From Octopus sinensis (Eukaryota), in the NCBI RefSeq assembly GCF_006345805.1, contig NC_042998.1, positions 8,060,001-8,124,000 on the forward strand: DNA of 64,000 nt, read 5' to 3'. The stretch's first letter is position 1. The number at the start of each line of letters is the position of its first letter. Under the pieces are notes generated by a model. That model made no database searches and had not been told where the DNA came from. It saw only the letters and a program-made list of their open reading frames with translations. The translations under genes and the position numbers were made by a program. This document shows positions 1 to 12,273 of this stretch, piece by piece.

Positions 1-41
1 GTATATGAGTGCGTTTGCACAAATATGCACACATGTGCATG

Positions 42-129
<88 letters not shown>

Positions 130-1169
130 GGAAGGAGAGATTGCGTTTGTATTGCCGTAAGTATGAAGGACATTAATACGCCATAGAACAACCTGCTCAG
201 CTGCCGAACACAGTGCTGGAAAGTTGCGGTAAAGAATTTAACTTACTGTATCGTGTTGCTCTACAATGCAAGGTTAATCTATTCCAGTAATTTTGCATCG
301 TCTACATATGTTGATCGCTCTTATCATTTAACGCTTCAGAGAGAAAGTTTTGTTCATGAACTAATTTTTTGACATAAATGCAAGAAAAGATGCGCAAAAA
401 AAAGCGAAAAACATAGAACACACTCAATACTGAAAAAAATAAAATAAAATAAAGGGAATAAGAAAAATAGCGCAAATGTTAAATTGGCGCTACGTAACTA
501 CAAAACGTTCATCTAGTAACTGTACTTTGTTGAAACTGCGAACACTCGTCTCCTCTATATATATTGCCCAGTTACCATTCCGATAATGATGACACGGTAG
601 TATTCATGATATGTTATTTTCAAGGCTGACTCTGGCATCTCTATACGGATTTGCGCTAATTTCTTCGTGAAACGAGTTTCTTTCATCTCCAATTGTAAAT
701 TACTTGAGAGACGCTGACTACTTTTCTGATGAAGGCCATTAATAGTCTCTGTAACTAGAAGATTGCTGTTAGATGATAGAAGTTAAGCAACATCTCGTTA
801 AGTTGGAGTGAGATAGCATATTGTTTTTTTTTTTATTACTCTTTTGGTATTATATAAATAACTAAATCATTGATCTATAAAGTTATCTAGAAAACTGATT
901 AGGTCTGTACCAATGAGCTCAAAGCACTTAGCCAAAACATTAATGGCTTACATATAATTAATACTGGAGCATCATATCTAAGGTTAATGATAAATGGGAT
1001 GTATAACGCTTATGTATCTGCAAAGGGTCTCAGAGACACAAGAGAAGAACATTTTCTTCAACTGCTAATTTTTATTTTGAGTATGAATTTTCGTTCTGAA
1101 GCAAATGTATCTAGATTTATTTAGGTAAAAGATTCTCATTTAAGGTAAAATTAACCACCTGGGGTAATC

Positions 1170-1389
1170 GTGGACATTGTTGTAGAGCTGAAAACGAAGC
1201 AATTTCTACTCTTCTCCTCTGGAAGCCATCTACTCGCAATACCAGAGGGCACACACTCTCCTACCCTGATGTAATCTCCAGGGATACAGGCATCCAGCAA
1301 CAGGACCTCCGTAATGCTATGATGGACCGTGAAGTCTTGCGTAGCATGGTAAATTCCATTGTTTCGACCACAGTCGAACAATGATGATT
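1170..1389 (+). pseudogene. 3' end of RTE-clade LINE ORF2 (5'-truncated)
   Basis: Manual + strand translation GHCCRAENEAISTLLLWKPSTRNTRGHTLSYPDVISRDTGIQQQDLRNAMMDREVLRSMV...EQ* resembles the RTE C-terminus (GH..R, LLW.P, DTG, M.DR). A short (TGA)n tail follows. Confidence 0.7.
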
Positions 1390-1723
1390 ACTCGTTAGCA
1401 GATAAATGTATCATGTTTGAAAATTCTTTTCAAATAAAATCATAGGAAACATGTGTTCAGATTCGTATGCTGAAGTAAAGAGAATAGCAGATGCAGAGAA
1501 TCTACAAGAATTACCGGGAAGTTGATGCAACTTTGTGACTCAGAGAGAGTTAGATATACCCGGAAAAGAATCAATAATCAATACATGATTTTAAAAACAT
1601 TTGCCATCACATAAAACAATTCGGTGAAATACCATAAGAAATTTGTCGACACATTATTGACCTGATCAAATCACTGTAACTTAGTGAATTATGCGATATT
1701 GTTAATATTTCACAACTGCTTAC

Positions 1724-1925
1724 AGCGGCGAGCTGGCAGAATCGTTAGCACGCCGGACGAAATGCTTAGCGGCATTTCGTCCGGCTTTACTTTCTATGTT
1801 AAAATTTCGCAAAGATTGACTTTGCTTTTCAGCCTTGTGAGGTCTATAAAAGAAACACCAGTTGATGCAATCGACTTACTCATTATCCCCCAAATTGCCG
1901 GCCTTGTGCCAATATTTGAAGCCAT
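1724..1925 (+). mobile_element. SINE family 1 (tRNA-like head, Nin/Deu-like central domain), degenerate
   Basis: Starts GCGGCGAGCTGGCAGAATCGTTAGCACGCCGG, similar to the copies at 3209 and 18956. Confidence 0.7.
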
Positions 1926-2710
1926 TTTTCACAACCGCTCGTCTTTGTCCGGTACTGATGAGAAAAAAAAATTGGAAGGTGAACTTCCTTCCTGCGGAAA
2001 CCTCCAGCTACCTCAAAGTTTATTGTTTCTTCTATTCATTTCTGTTTTTTTTTTTTTTTTAGAAAGTAACAATCTCATATAAGTCATGCGAGGTTGTTCT
2101 TCAATGTGAAGTACTTAAATTCGAACTTATTGAGCTGCTTCCATGCTAAGAGTTAGAGCAAGCTTTACTGTATTTATAAAACAAAAAGCACTTCACATGA
2201 TAGTAACTCACTATGTTTTCCATAGATATATGTTAGCTGCGAAACCCATCAATGAAATCCTTGAAATGATTTTGCAAAAGGTTATTGAGGATGTTAGACT
2301 CATACGTGTTGCAACACAGTACAGAATCACTGCTTGTCCACAGCTAATTAAAATGGTTTCGACTCTGAGTATTCTATTAAGTGAGGCGACTCTTGTGTGG
2401 ACTTATTCTTAACTATGCATTTGAGGCAAGATTTATAGAAACCAAGAATTTATTCATATAATGCAAATTTTAAACTTGGATCATGTCTTTGGAAAAGCAA
2501 CTGGTGCGGTATCCGAAAAAGTGCAGATATCAGATCACAGCTGAACAGCTTGAAGCATCACTATATCCACTACTTTCCAGAAGAATTATACCTATAAAAT
2601 GACAAAAATTAAAACTCATTATCAACAATCTCACAGGAATGAAAGATGTCGAGTCAGATGAGCTGATTGATCGTAATCTTCAGAAAGAATTTTACAGAGT
2701 GGTGTTGATT

Positions 2711-3055
2711 TTTACTCTTTACTCTTTTACTCTTTTACTTGTTTCAGTCATTTGACTGCGGCCATGCTGGAGCAAATCGACCTCGGGACTTATTCTTTGT
2801 AAGCCCAGTACTTATTCTATCGGTCTCTTTTGCCGAACCGTTAAGTGACGGGGACCTAAACACACCAGCATCGGTTGTCAAGCAATGCTAGGGGGACAAA
2901 CACAGACACACAAACATATGCACACACACTTATATATACATATACATATATACGACAGGCTTCTTTCAGTTTCCGTCTACCAAATCCACTCACAAGGCAT
3001 TGGTCGGCCCGGGGCTGTAGCAGAAGACACTTGCCCAAGATGCCACGCAGTGGAA
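2711..3055 (-). mobile_element. SINE family 2, 5'-truncated
   Basis: Near-identical to 26888-27297 and 44410-44808; (GAGTAAAA)n tail on the minus strand. Confidence 0.85.
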
Positions 3056-3208
3056 CTTTCTTAATATAAAAAAAACAAAGATTCATTCCAAATTCTTACC
3101 CAGAGGCCCTTCAAATTACTTTCAAAAACCTCTTAATGTAAAGCCAGTTTCTTTAATTATGTAATCGATTAAGACAAAGGAAATGAAACGCCAGAAAACC
3201 GGTAACTA

Positions 3209-3440
3209 AAGGCGGCGAGCTGGCAGAAACGTTAGCACGCCGGGCAAAATACTTAGTGGTCTTTCGTCTGCCGTTTGTTCTGAGTTCAAATTCCGCCGAA
3301 GTCGACTTTGCCTTTTATCCTTTCGGGGTCGATAAATTAAGTACCAGTTACGCACTGGGGTCGATGTAATCGACTTAATCCGTTTGTACTTGTTTGTCCT
3401 CTTTGTGTTTAGCCCCTTGTGGGCAATAAAGAAATAATAA
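3209..3440 (+). mobile_element. SINE family 1
   Basis: AGGCGGCGAGCTGGCAGAAACGTTAGC head, GAGTTCAAATTCC B-box-like motif, CCTTTCGGGGTCGATAAATTAAGTACCAG core; many copies in the window. Confidence 0.85.
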
Positions 3441-3640
3441 AACTGATAACGATGTGAGATTAGCGTTGCATTTACAGTTCTTCGCATAAAGAAACTGGTT
3501 ATCTCCGAAAATTAGTAGAAAATAATATTTCTGGAACTTTTGATATTCTGAATAAAAGTACTATTTAGAGAGAGGTATGTTTTGTTATTAAACGTGAGTC
3601 AATTTTAATTGTTACATTAATCTTTTCTACTCATATATCT

Positions 3641-3857
3641 ATGGTTAGGGCAGCGGACTCGCGGTCGCAGGATCGCGGTTTCAATTCCCAGACCGATCGT
3701 TGTGAGTGTTTATTGAGCGAAAATACCTAAAAGTTCCACGAGGCTCCGGCAGGGGTTGGTGATCCCTGTTGTACTCTTTCGCCACAACTTTCTCCCACTC
3801 TTTCTTCTGTCGGCCTGCTCGCTTAGCCAGCGGGGTGGCGTCATTCGAAGGCTAAAA
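3641..3857 (+). mobile_element. SINE family 3 (tRNA-Arg-like head), partial
   Basis: Matches 4411-4720. Confidence 0.8.
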
Positions 3858-3859
3858 GG

Positions 3860-4220
3860 TCCGAAATTTTGGGGGAGGTGGCCAGTCGATTAGATCGACC
3901 CAGTACCCAACTGGCACTTAATTTATCGATCCCGAAAAGATGAAAGGCAAAGTCGAACTCGACAGAATTTGAACTCAGAACATAAAGACAGACGAAATAC
4001 CTATTTCTTTACTACCCACAAGTGGCTAAATACAGAAGGGACAAACAAGGACAGACAAACGGATTAAGTCGATTACATCGACCCCAGTGCGTAACTGGTA
4101 CTTATTTAATCCACGCCGAAAGGATGAAAGGCAAAGTCGACCTCGGTGGAATTTGATCTCAGAACGTAACGGCAGACGAAATACCGCTAAGCATTTCGCC
4201 CGGCGCATTAACGTTTCTGC
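3860..4220 (-). mobile_element. SINE family 1 with duplicated core
   Basis: Reverse complement of family 1; core present twice. Confidence 0.8.
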
Positions 4221-4410
4221 CAAAACTGAAATACTGAATGACCACTGCAATAATTATGTGACTCTGAGAGGGGAATATGTTGTATAAAGCCATAATTAAC
4301 TGATCCTCCTGTATTTTCTTTTACCCAAAGCCAGGAACTTTTCAGCACGCCCTCATATACAGAAATATTTCCAAAATTACGCTGTTTCTCTCTCTTTGTA
4401 TTCGTATATG

Positions 4411-4720
4411 TGGAGGCGCAATGGCCTAGTGGTTAGGGCAGCGGACTCGCGGTCGCAGGATCGCGGTTTCGATTCCCAGACCGGGCGTTGTGAGTGTTTA
4501 TTGAGCGAAAACACCTAAAAGCTCCACGAGGCTCCGACAGGGGATGGTGGTGATCCTTGCTGTACTCTTTCGCCACAACTTTCTCCCACTCTTTCTTCTG
4601 TCGGCCTGCTCGCTTAGCCAGCGGGATGGCGTCATTCGAAGGCTAAAACAATGCGAAGGGCATTGTGACCAGCGATGTGTAACTACATCTGATGGTCTGG
4701 TCGGTCACGTAATCACGTGA
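4411..4720 (+). mobile_element. SINE family 3 (tRNA-Arg-like head, possibly octopus OR-type)
   Basis: GGAGGCGCAATGGCCTAGTGGTTAGG (A box) ... GGTTTCGATTCCC (B box). Repeated at 3641, 15928 and 47990. Confidence 0.85.
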
Positions 4721-5417
4721 TATTCGTATATTCTGCATTTTTCACGCTTTCTTCTACGAGCTAAAGTGCAAATGTGTGCATAACTATACTTTGCCCATAT
4801 TTTCCTGTGTACATTTACACATTAACTAATAAAAAAATTAAACAACTGGTAACACTAAAGCACCAGTCTGGTTGGTAACATTCCTAGCTAAGACATTGCA
4901 GAAATGAAGAATAACTGAAAGGGATTAGTGTAATCAGGGATGAAATTCCAGCTGGGATTTGGCTTTACAGGAGCTTAACAGTGCTCTGTGATATTGACGT
5001 TCGCATATAGCTGTATAAATATGTTCCAATTCATTATACGTTTGTACAAACCTACATGCATCTATGTATGTATATGTGTCTATGCGTGTGTGTAGCTATA
5101 TAAATATAAATAGGGACAGAGTAAGATAAGAGAGGAGAGAAGGTGGGAATGAAGGGAAGGCCAACAAATGTGAGAGAGGGCGAACGAGAAAAAGAAAGGG
5201 GAAAAGAACGAAGTAAGTGTGAAGGGGTTGAAAGAAAGAGTGAGTCGTACAGAATTTACATACACACACACACACACACATATATATATATGTATGTATG
5301 TATGTATGTACATAAATATCTACATATATATATATATTTACACACACACACATTTAAATATATATATATATACATATGTATGTATGTATATAAATATCTA
5401 CATATATACATATATAT

Positions 5418-5452
<35 letters not shown>

Positions 5453-5511
5453 CATATGTATGTATGTATGTATGTATATAAATATCTACATATATACATA
5501 TATATACATAC

Positions 5512-5571
<60 letters not shown>

Positions 5572-5575
<4 letters not shown>

Positions 5576-6022
5576 ATCCATGACACCAGCCATGCTCTTC
5601 GTTTGTTCAATTTTTTCTCCTTCTCTCCTGTCCTCTCTAAACTTCTCTTCACTCTTGACATCAAGAAGACTTTTGATGTCAAGACGGGGATCTCTCACCA
5701 CGAGGGGCTGCGTGCACTCCAACACTTCCTTGACCTTCGACCCAACCCCGAACCTGACACATCCACACTCATTCGTCTGGCCGAACTTGTCTTCTCACTT
5801 AACTGCTTCTCGTTCGTGGGTGATTTTTATCAGTTGTCGGGAGCAGCCATGGGAACGAGAATGAGCCCCAACTATGCGAACTTGTTCGTTGGCTACGTTG
5901 AGGCCTAAATAATCTCAAGTTTCACTCGTCCCACTCCTGAACTATACGGTCATTATATTGACTGTATCGGTGCGATCTCACTCTCCTGCGAACACCTAGA
6001 CTTTTTCCTCCCATTTGTCAAA
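5572..6022 (+). pseudogene. Penelope-like element reverse transcriptase fragment
   Basis: LLFTLDIK...[15 protein letters not shown]...[16 protein letters not shown]...[21 protein letters not shown], then a stop and a degenerate YID motif. Typical PLE RT core; abuts (TA)n. Confidence 0.85.
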
Positions 6023-7277
6023 TCTATGTAGTAAATAGTATCTATGTAAATGGCATCAATGTAGTAAATGACATGGACATCTATGCATCTATGTATGAAG
6101 ATATGTCTCTGTAGAAGTACATAAACTTTTGCGTACAAATAGAATGAAGAGCACATATTTTAAGAAAGATTTTGAAGAGCCGTACAGATGCGAAATTACT
6201 AAATGTAACACAATGTGGACTTCCCGGTTATACATACGTATGTACTTATATATATTTATATATACACAGCATTCATGAGAGTGTATGTATGTGTGCGTGC
6301 GTGCGTGTGTGTGGGTGTGTGTGTGTATGTGTGTGTGTGTGTGTGTTCTTGCGTGCGCGTTGTACTGAAATACGTTCTCGAATGTTGGTAAATAAAAAAT
6401 AACAGACACATCTTCTATTGGCACCCGTTTCATTATTGTGTTTAACTAATGGGAAAATGGGGAAATGGGAAGTAATTTTTTATATGACAGGGGTCATATT
6501 TACTAATGACCGCTTTCTCTTGTACTGTCCTAAAATATGCTACTTTATTTTCTGAGGCAATTTTGGGGGTATATACCCTAACGAAAAAAACATTAACTTC
6601 AGTCATGTCGTAATTTACTCATTCAATGATACTCAAATTCTCATGGATATCCAAACACGCAGAAATATGCACACCATATACATGACTGCACTCTTGTCAA
6701 AAACGCATCATACATATACTTATTCTCTTCTTACGGCAGCCTTCTACATCAGCAATTTTCACTTGCTCTATTTGTCTCACACTATCTTCCCTCTCTCCCT
6801 CTTTCTCTACCTCCCTTTATTTCTCCCCGTCTGTTTGTCTTCTATCTGTCTCTCTCTCTCTCCCTCTCTCTCTCATCATTCTAAACTATTTCTCATTCTT
6901 CAATATACAATCTCCCTGTCATGTTCTACCCGACCGTTTACCCTTATTTTTGCTTCACATTTCCTCCATTAGCATTCGCATTTTGTTTCTTAGTTCAAAA
7001 TCCTCTTATACACTATGAAGAGAACTGTCAACGAGTTTATAAATAATTTCATCTACTTTGTTGCTGGCAGATTCATAGACCTTTTGAAATTTTATTTGTT
7101 TTCCGATGCTAAGTAGTAATTTTTCACTAATACCATAACTTTAATGACAATGTTCACCCATTATTCTTGTAGGTGAAAAGATTTTCACCAAAGAATGAAG
7201 TTTTTTTATATGAACAGAAAATAAATTCCCATAGTATTCATAACATTATATATATATATACTTGTATAAGCACACAA

Positions 7278-7311
<34 letters not shown>

Positions 7312-7534
7312 GAGTGTGTATGTATGTATGTATGTATGTATGTATGTATGTATAGATTGTTTGAAGTGATGTACAATTTTATATATTCAGAAAATAGGTG
7401 CTCAGAATATCGGATAATTATTCATTTAGCGCTGTAGTTAGTTTATACATACATACATACATACATACATACATACATACATACGTACATACGTACATAC
7501 GTACATACATACATACGTACGTACATACATACAT

Positions 7535-7864
7535 TATGCACAACTGCTTTGAAACCTCCAGATTCTATATCCAGACTATGAATTCATATTCATACCAATA
7601 ATAATTGGAGCACTAGGCTTTGTTAATAAATGCTAAAAGGAGAATCTGGATAAACTGGGATTTTCAGAAAGAGAAAGTGACCAGCTGATTCATACATTAC
7701 AAGTCCAATCTGTAAGTGGAACAGTAGAAATATGCAAGACTTTTCTCAGATTCCAAGTGTGAATTTGTCTGTGTCAACTACATCCCAACGATGGGGTCTT
7801 GTATCTTTGTTGGAAACCGGCTCCCTCCTCACTAGAAGATTTATAATAGTTAAAAATCGAAGAG
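7535..7864 (+). pseudogene. 3' end of RLE-type (R4/Dong-like) non-LTR retrotransposon within (TACA)n
   Basis: 7535-7762 translates YAQLL*NLQILYPDYEFIFIPIIIGALGFVNKC*KENLDKLGF...LQVQSVSGTVEICKTFLRFQV*, an RLE C-terminal pattern (P.IIGALG). Short 3' UTR; (TACA)n on both sides. Confidence 0.7.
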
Positions 7865-8214
7865 ACATGCATACATACATACATACATGCATGCATACAT
7901 ACATACATACACACATACATACATACATACATACATACATACTTTGTGTGTAGATATGAAAGATTATATAAGTATATTAATTATACGATTCAAATTATAC
8001 AAAGAAGTTCGACAAATTCAATCCTATTTTTCGTAAATGGAGGATATTATATGATAATATGAAATAGAATATGTTTTATTCATTTTGCTGTTATTGCATG
8101 TTATTTTGTAATGTGTTATTACACACTACAAAAATTAGTAAGAACACCAAACCCATGTAATTCTAAAGTCACCTTTTTTCTATATTTAGTTCTTATTATA
8201 TTTTTTCTTATTGT

Positions 8215-8292
8215 GCTACTGATGAGTACTCTTTGACAACTCAGATTCATAAAATGAATTTATTGTCTTTCTGTACGAAACGATCGTATAGC
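8215..8292 (+). ncRNA. Type I hammerhead ribozyme (PLE-type, palindromic stem III)
   Basis: Stem I GCTA/TAGC; CTGATGA 8219-8225; stem II GTAC/GTAC; GAAA 8277-8280; C-GATC-GTA with predicted cleavage after 8288. Confidence 0.75.
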
Positions 8293-9167
8293 GAAATGAA
8301 TACAAAGTATTATATTCCATATTAACACCTAATCTCTTCCATTTACGAAAAATATAACTAAATTTGTTGAACTTAAATCATATACTCAATATATATATAT
8401 ATATATATATATATTAACACACACACACACATAGGGAGAGATGGATATTTAAGCAAATAGATTTGTAATGTATTTCGGTGTGTGTGGTATTTGTTGTATA
8501 CATATATGTATGTATGTATGTAGTATGTATGTATGTATGTATGTATGTATGTATGTATGTATGTATGTATGTATGTATATATATATATATATATGTACAT
8601 ATAGATATATACATACATATTTGAATATACACATATATACATGCATTCGACATACATGCATGCATACATACATACATACATACATACATACATACATACA
8701 TACATACATACATACATACATACACACATACATACATACACACATACATACATACATACATACACACATACATACACACTTGCATTCATTACAATGTAAA
8801 TAATCATTACTTGAAATTTTAAATATGTAAGTGATTATGTTGCGAATGTTTCGGTTCCGAAACTCAATATTATGAATAAGCCTTAGAAATCTATCTGTAA
8901 AATACAAATTATTTTTCCATTTGGAGCTAAAAAAAAACAAGTATTTTTGGTTGTTTAGGAATGCATTGATGTAAGCGTATGTGTATGCACACATACACAA
9001 ACACAGACTCGTATACATGGCTATATATACATAGGTATATATAAAAATGTATATATACACATATGTACATATATATGTGCATATATATAAATGTAACTCT
9101 ACATACACACACATTTATATATACATATTTATAGGTATGTAAGTCTTCTATGTATATATACATATTG

Positions 9168-9530
9168 CCGAACCGCTTAGTTACGGGGACGTAAACACAC
9201 CAGCATCGGTTGTCAGAATGTACATACACACACATTTATATATACATATTTATAGGTGTGTAAGTCTTCTAGGTATATATACATATTGCCGAACCGCTTA
9301 GTTACGGGGACGTAAACACACCAGCATCGGTTATCAAGAGATGTTGGGGTGGGGACAACATACACACACATATATATATATACATAAACATATATACGAC
9401 AGGCTTCGTTCAGGCTTTGGTCGGCCCCAGGCTATAGCAGAAGACACTTGCCCAAGGTGCCAAGCAGTGGGGATGAACCCAGAACCATGTGGCTGGTGAG
9501 CAAGCTACTTACCACACAGCCACTCCAGGC
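9168..9530 (-). mobile_element. SINE family 2, partial, with a local ~120-bp tandem duplication
   Basis: GCCGAACCGCTTAGTTACGGGGACGTAAACACACCAGC occurs twice, followed by family 2 head sequence. Confidence 0.75.
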
Positions 9531-10299
9531 GTCTATACTCATAAATTTCTCAAAAATGTTGAAAGTTAGGTTGAGTGCAAAAACTGGATACCTGTAAATG
9601 AGTGAATGAAATAGGAATACACAACCATAAGGATAATGTGTGTGTGTGTGTATGTGTGCATGTGTGTGTGTGTGTGCATGTGTGTGTATGTGTGCGTGTG
9701 TCTGTGTCTGTGTGTGTGTGCACTTCTTTTTTCTACTCATTAGATTTATTTTTATATTAGAGATACTCGGGTCAAATACATATTTATCTGTACTTTAATA
9801 GTACAGTATAACAGAATGTGTTTAATAGTATCATAGAATTGTATTATAAAATGATGTTTCATATTTTATCAAATATGCGCGCGCGCATATGCATGCGTGT
9901 GTGTATGCGTGTGTGTGTGCGTGTGTGTGTGCGTGTGTGTGTGCGTGTGTGCGTGCGTGTGTGCGTGTGTGTGTGCGTGTGTTGTGTATGTTGGCGTCTC
10001 ATTTTATTCTTTACGGATATTCATTTCGGAATTTTAATTCTCAGTAAAATGCAAGGCCTTTATTACAATAATGAGGTCATTTCTCGCAATTATTACGCCC
10101 GATTTCTGTGAAACTGCCCCCAATTTGCAAGCTTGCTACCAGGGGGGGGGGGGTTCTTGATTGGGGTAAATTCCTTTTAAGCATTAGGTTTAGTAACATA
10201 GCGATTTACCCACACAAAACGTTTTGAGATTCTCACGGATATCCAGACACGCAGAAATAAGTGTAACGCACACATGGCTGCACGCCAGTCAAGAAAGCA

Positions 10300-11040
10300 C
10301 CACATACATACATACATACATACATACATACGTACATACATACGTACATACATACATACGTACGTACATACATACATACATACATACGTACGTACGTACA
10401 TACATACATACGTACATACGTACATACGTACATACGTACATACGTACATACATACGTACATATACACATACGTACATACATACATATACACATACGTACA
10501 TACATACGTACATATACACATACGTACATACATACATACATTCATACATAGACACATACATACATACATACATATATACATACATACATATATACATACA
10601 TACATATATACATATATACATACATACACACATACATAAATGCATGCATACATATATACATACATACATACATACATACACGCATACATACATACATACA
10701 TACATACACGCATACATACATACATATATACATACATACATACATACATACCTACATACCTACATACATACATATATACATACATACACACATACATATA
10801 TACATACATACACACATACATGCATACATACACACATACATACATACACACAAACATGCATACATACACACATACATGCATACATACACAGATACATACA
10901 TACATACATACATACAAGTATGCAAGCATACATACACACATACATACATACCTACATACATACACAAATACATACATACATACATACATACATACATACA
11001 TACATACATACATACATACATACATACATACACATATACA
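10300..11040. repeat. Long (TACA)n microsatellite with variant units
   Basis: Directly visible; source of the spurious HTYI/MYVC ORFs. Confidence 0.95.
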
Positions 11041-11342
11041 TCTTGTGTACTTACTCAAGCCGTCCACATTAGCAACGCTCCTTCGCTCTATTTGTCTCTT
11101 ACTATTTGCTCATAATATTACTCTTCTCTTTTCTCCCTCTCTTTCTCTCTGTCTCTCACTTCCTCCCTCCCTCACTCACTGTATTCTCTTATTCTCTTTC
11201 AACATTATATTCCCCCTTTTTTTTTTTGCTCGTATCCATACAATTTTCCCTTCATTCTTTGCACCAATTCATTTGTACTCTCTAGGCGTCACTTATACTT
11301 TTTTCCTCTACCAATATTCCCATTCTCCGTTTAACTTTAAAC

Positions 11343-11539
11343 CTATCAATTGTCTAAAATCTCTACCCCGCAAAAGAATGCTTGCCGCGAACATTTTCCT
11401 CCAGACCATTGCAGCTTTATTTTTGTCGTTTACAGATTCCTGAAATGTCGAAATCGTTTCAAACAAATTGTTTAAGTTTAGTTGTAACGTTCTCACTGAT
11501 TCCATAAAACCATTAACGATGTTCACAGCCTCCTGTAGT
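11343..11539 (-). CDS. Possible internal exon of an unknown gene
   Basis: Non-repetitive open frame LQEAVNIVNGFMESVRTLQLNLNNLFETISTFQESVNDKNKAAMVWRKMFAASILLRGRDFRQLI, bounded by a possible AG acceptor and an AG/GTTTAA donor. No homology recognised. Confidence 0.3.
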
Positions 11540-11740
11540 CTTTGATGTAACAAAAGATTCAGTGATAGGATGAGGTATTTATATACACACAGAAAATATA
11601 TGCCGTACTCACCCAAATACACACATGCACATACACTTACTGATACACATATAGACACATGCATACAAAGACACACGTGTGTGTATGAGTATGTGCATGT
11701 TCCAGGGTGTGTTTACGCTAGTGAAAACATGCATGAACTC

Positions 11741-11786
<46 letters not shown>

Positions 11787-11865
11787 TACTTATATATATG
11801 CATATATTATATCCATACATACACAGAAACACACACATACATACATACCACACACCCAACATATT

Positions 11866-11896
<31 letters not shown>

Positions 11897-12235
11897 TATA
11901 TATATAGAAAGCAACTCTATTCTATTCCACACGGCTAGAAATATAGGAAAAATAGAAGTTGAAAATAGAACTCGAATAGTTAAAATATTTTTATAATATA
12001 TTTAAAGCTTTAATCGGTTTCACCTTTGACACTGATTTTCAAATCAGTTCTAATAGTAATACGTGGCTTGTTTCACATACGTATATACGTGTGTGTGTGT
12101 GTGTGTGCAAATACATATGTGGGAATGTATGTGTGTGTGTATACATATTTATGTACATATATATATGTGTGTGTATTTAATAAAAAAACGAAAATCACAA
12201 GACAAAACAAGGCGAGCACATGGTACATGCAAAGT

Positions 12236-12273
<38 letters not shown>

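Noticed and set aside
726-760. CTGATGA motifs at about 726, 25973, 49740 (minus) and 51955 (minus)
   Set aside because: No convincing stem I/II plus GAAA..UH arrangement.
1951-2012. HHR-like GGTA-CTGATGA...GAAAC-CTCCA-GC-TACC
   Set aside because: Stem I is present, but stem II does not close and the cleavage triplet lacks U; at best a decayed HHR.
4411-4490. tRNA gene-like sequence
   Set aside because: Head of a multi-copy SINE with no complete cloverleaf.
8373-11115. Long ORFs rich in YI/HTYI/MYVC/CV (also near 5100-5570, 16700-17130 and 52288-53781)
   Set aside because: Translations of stop-free microsatellites; not genes.
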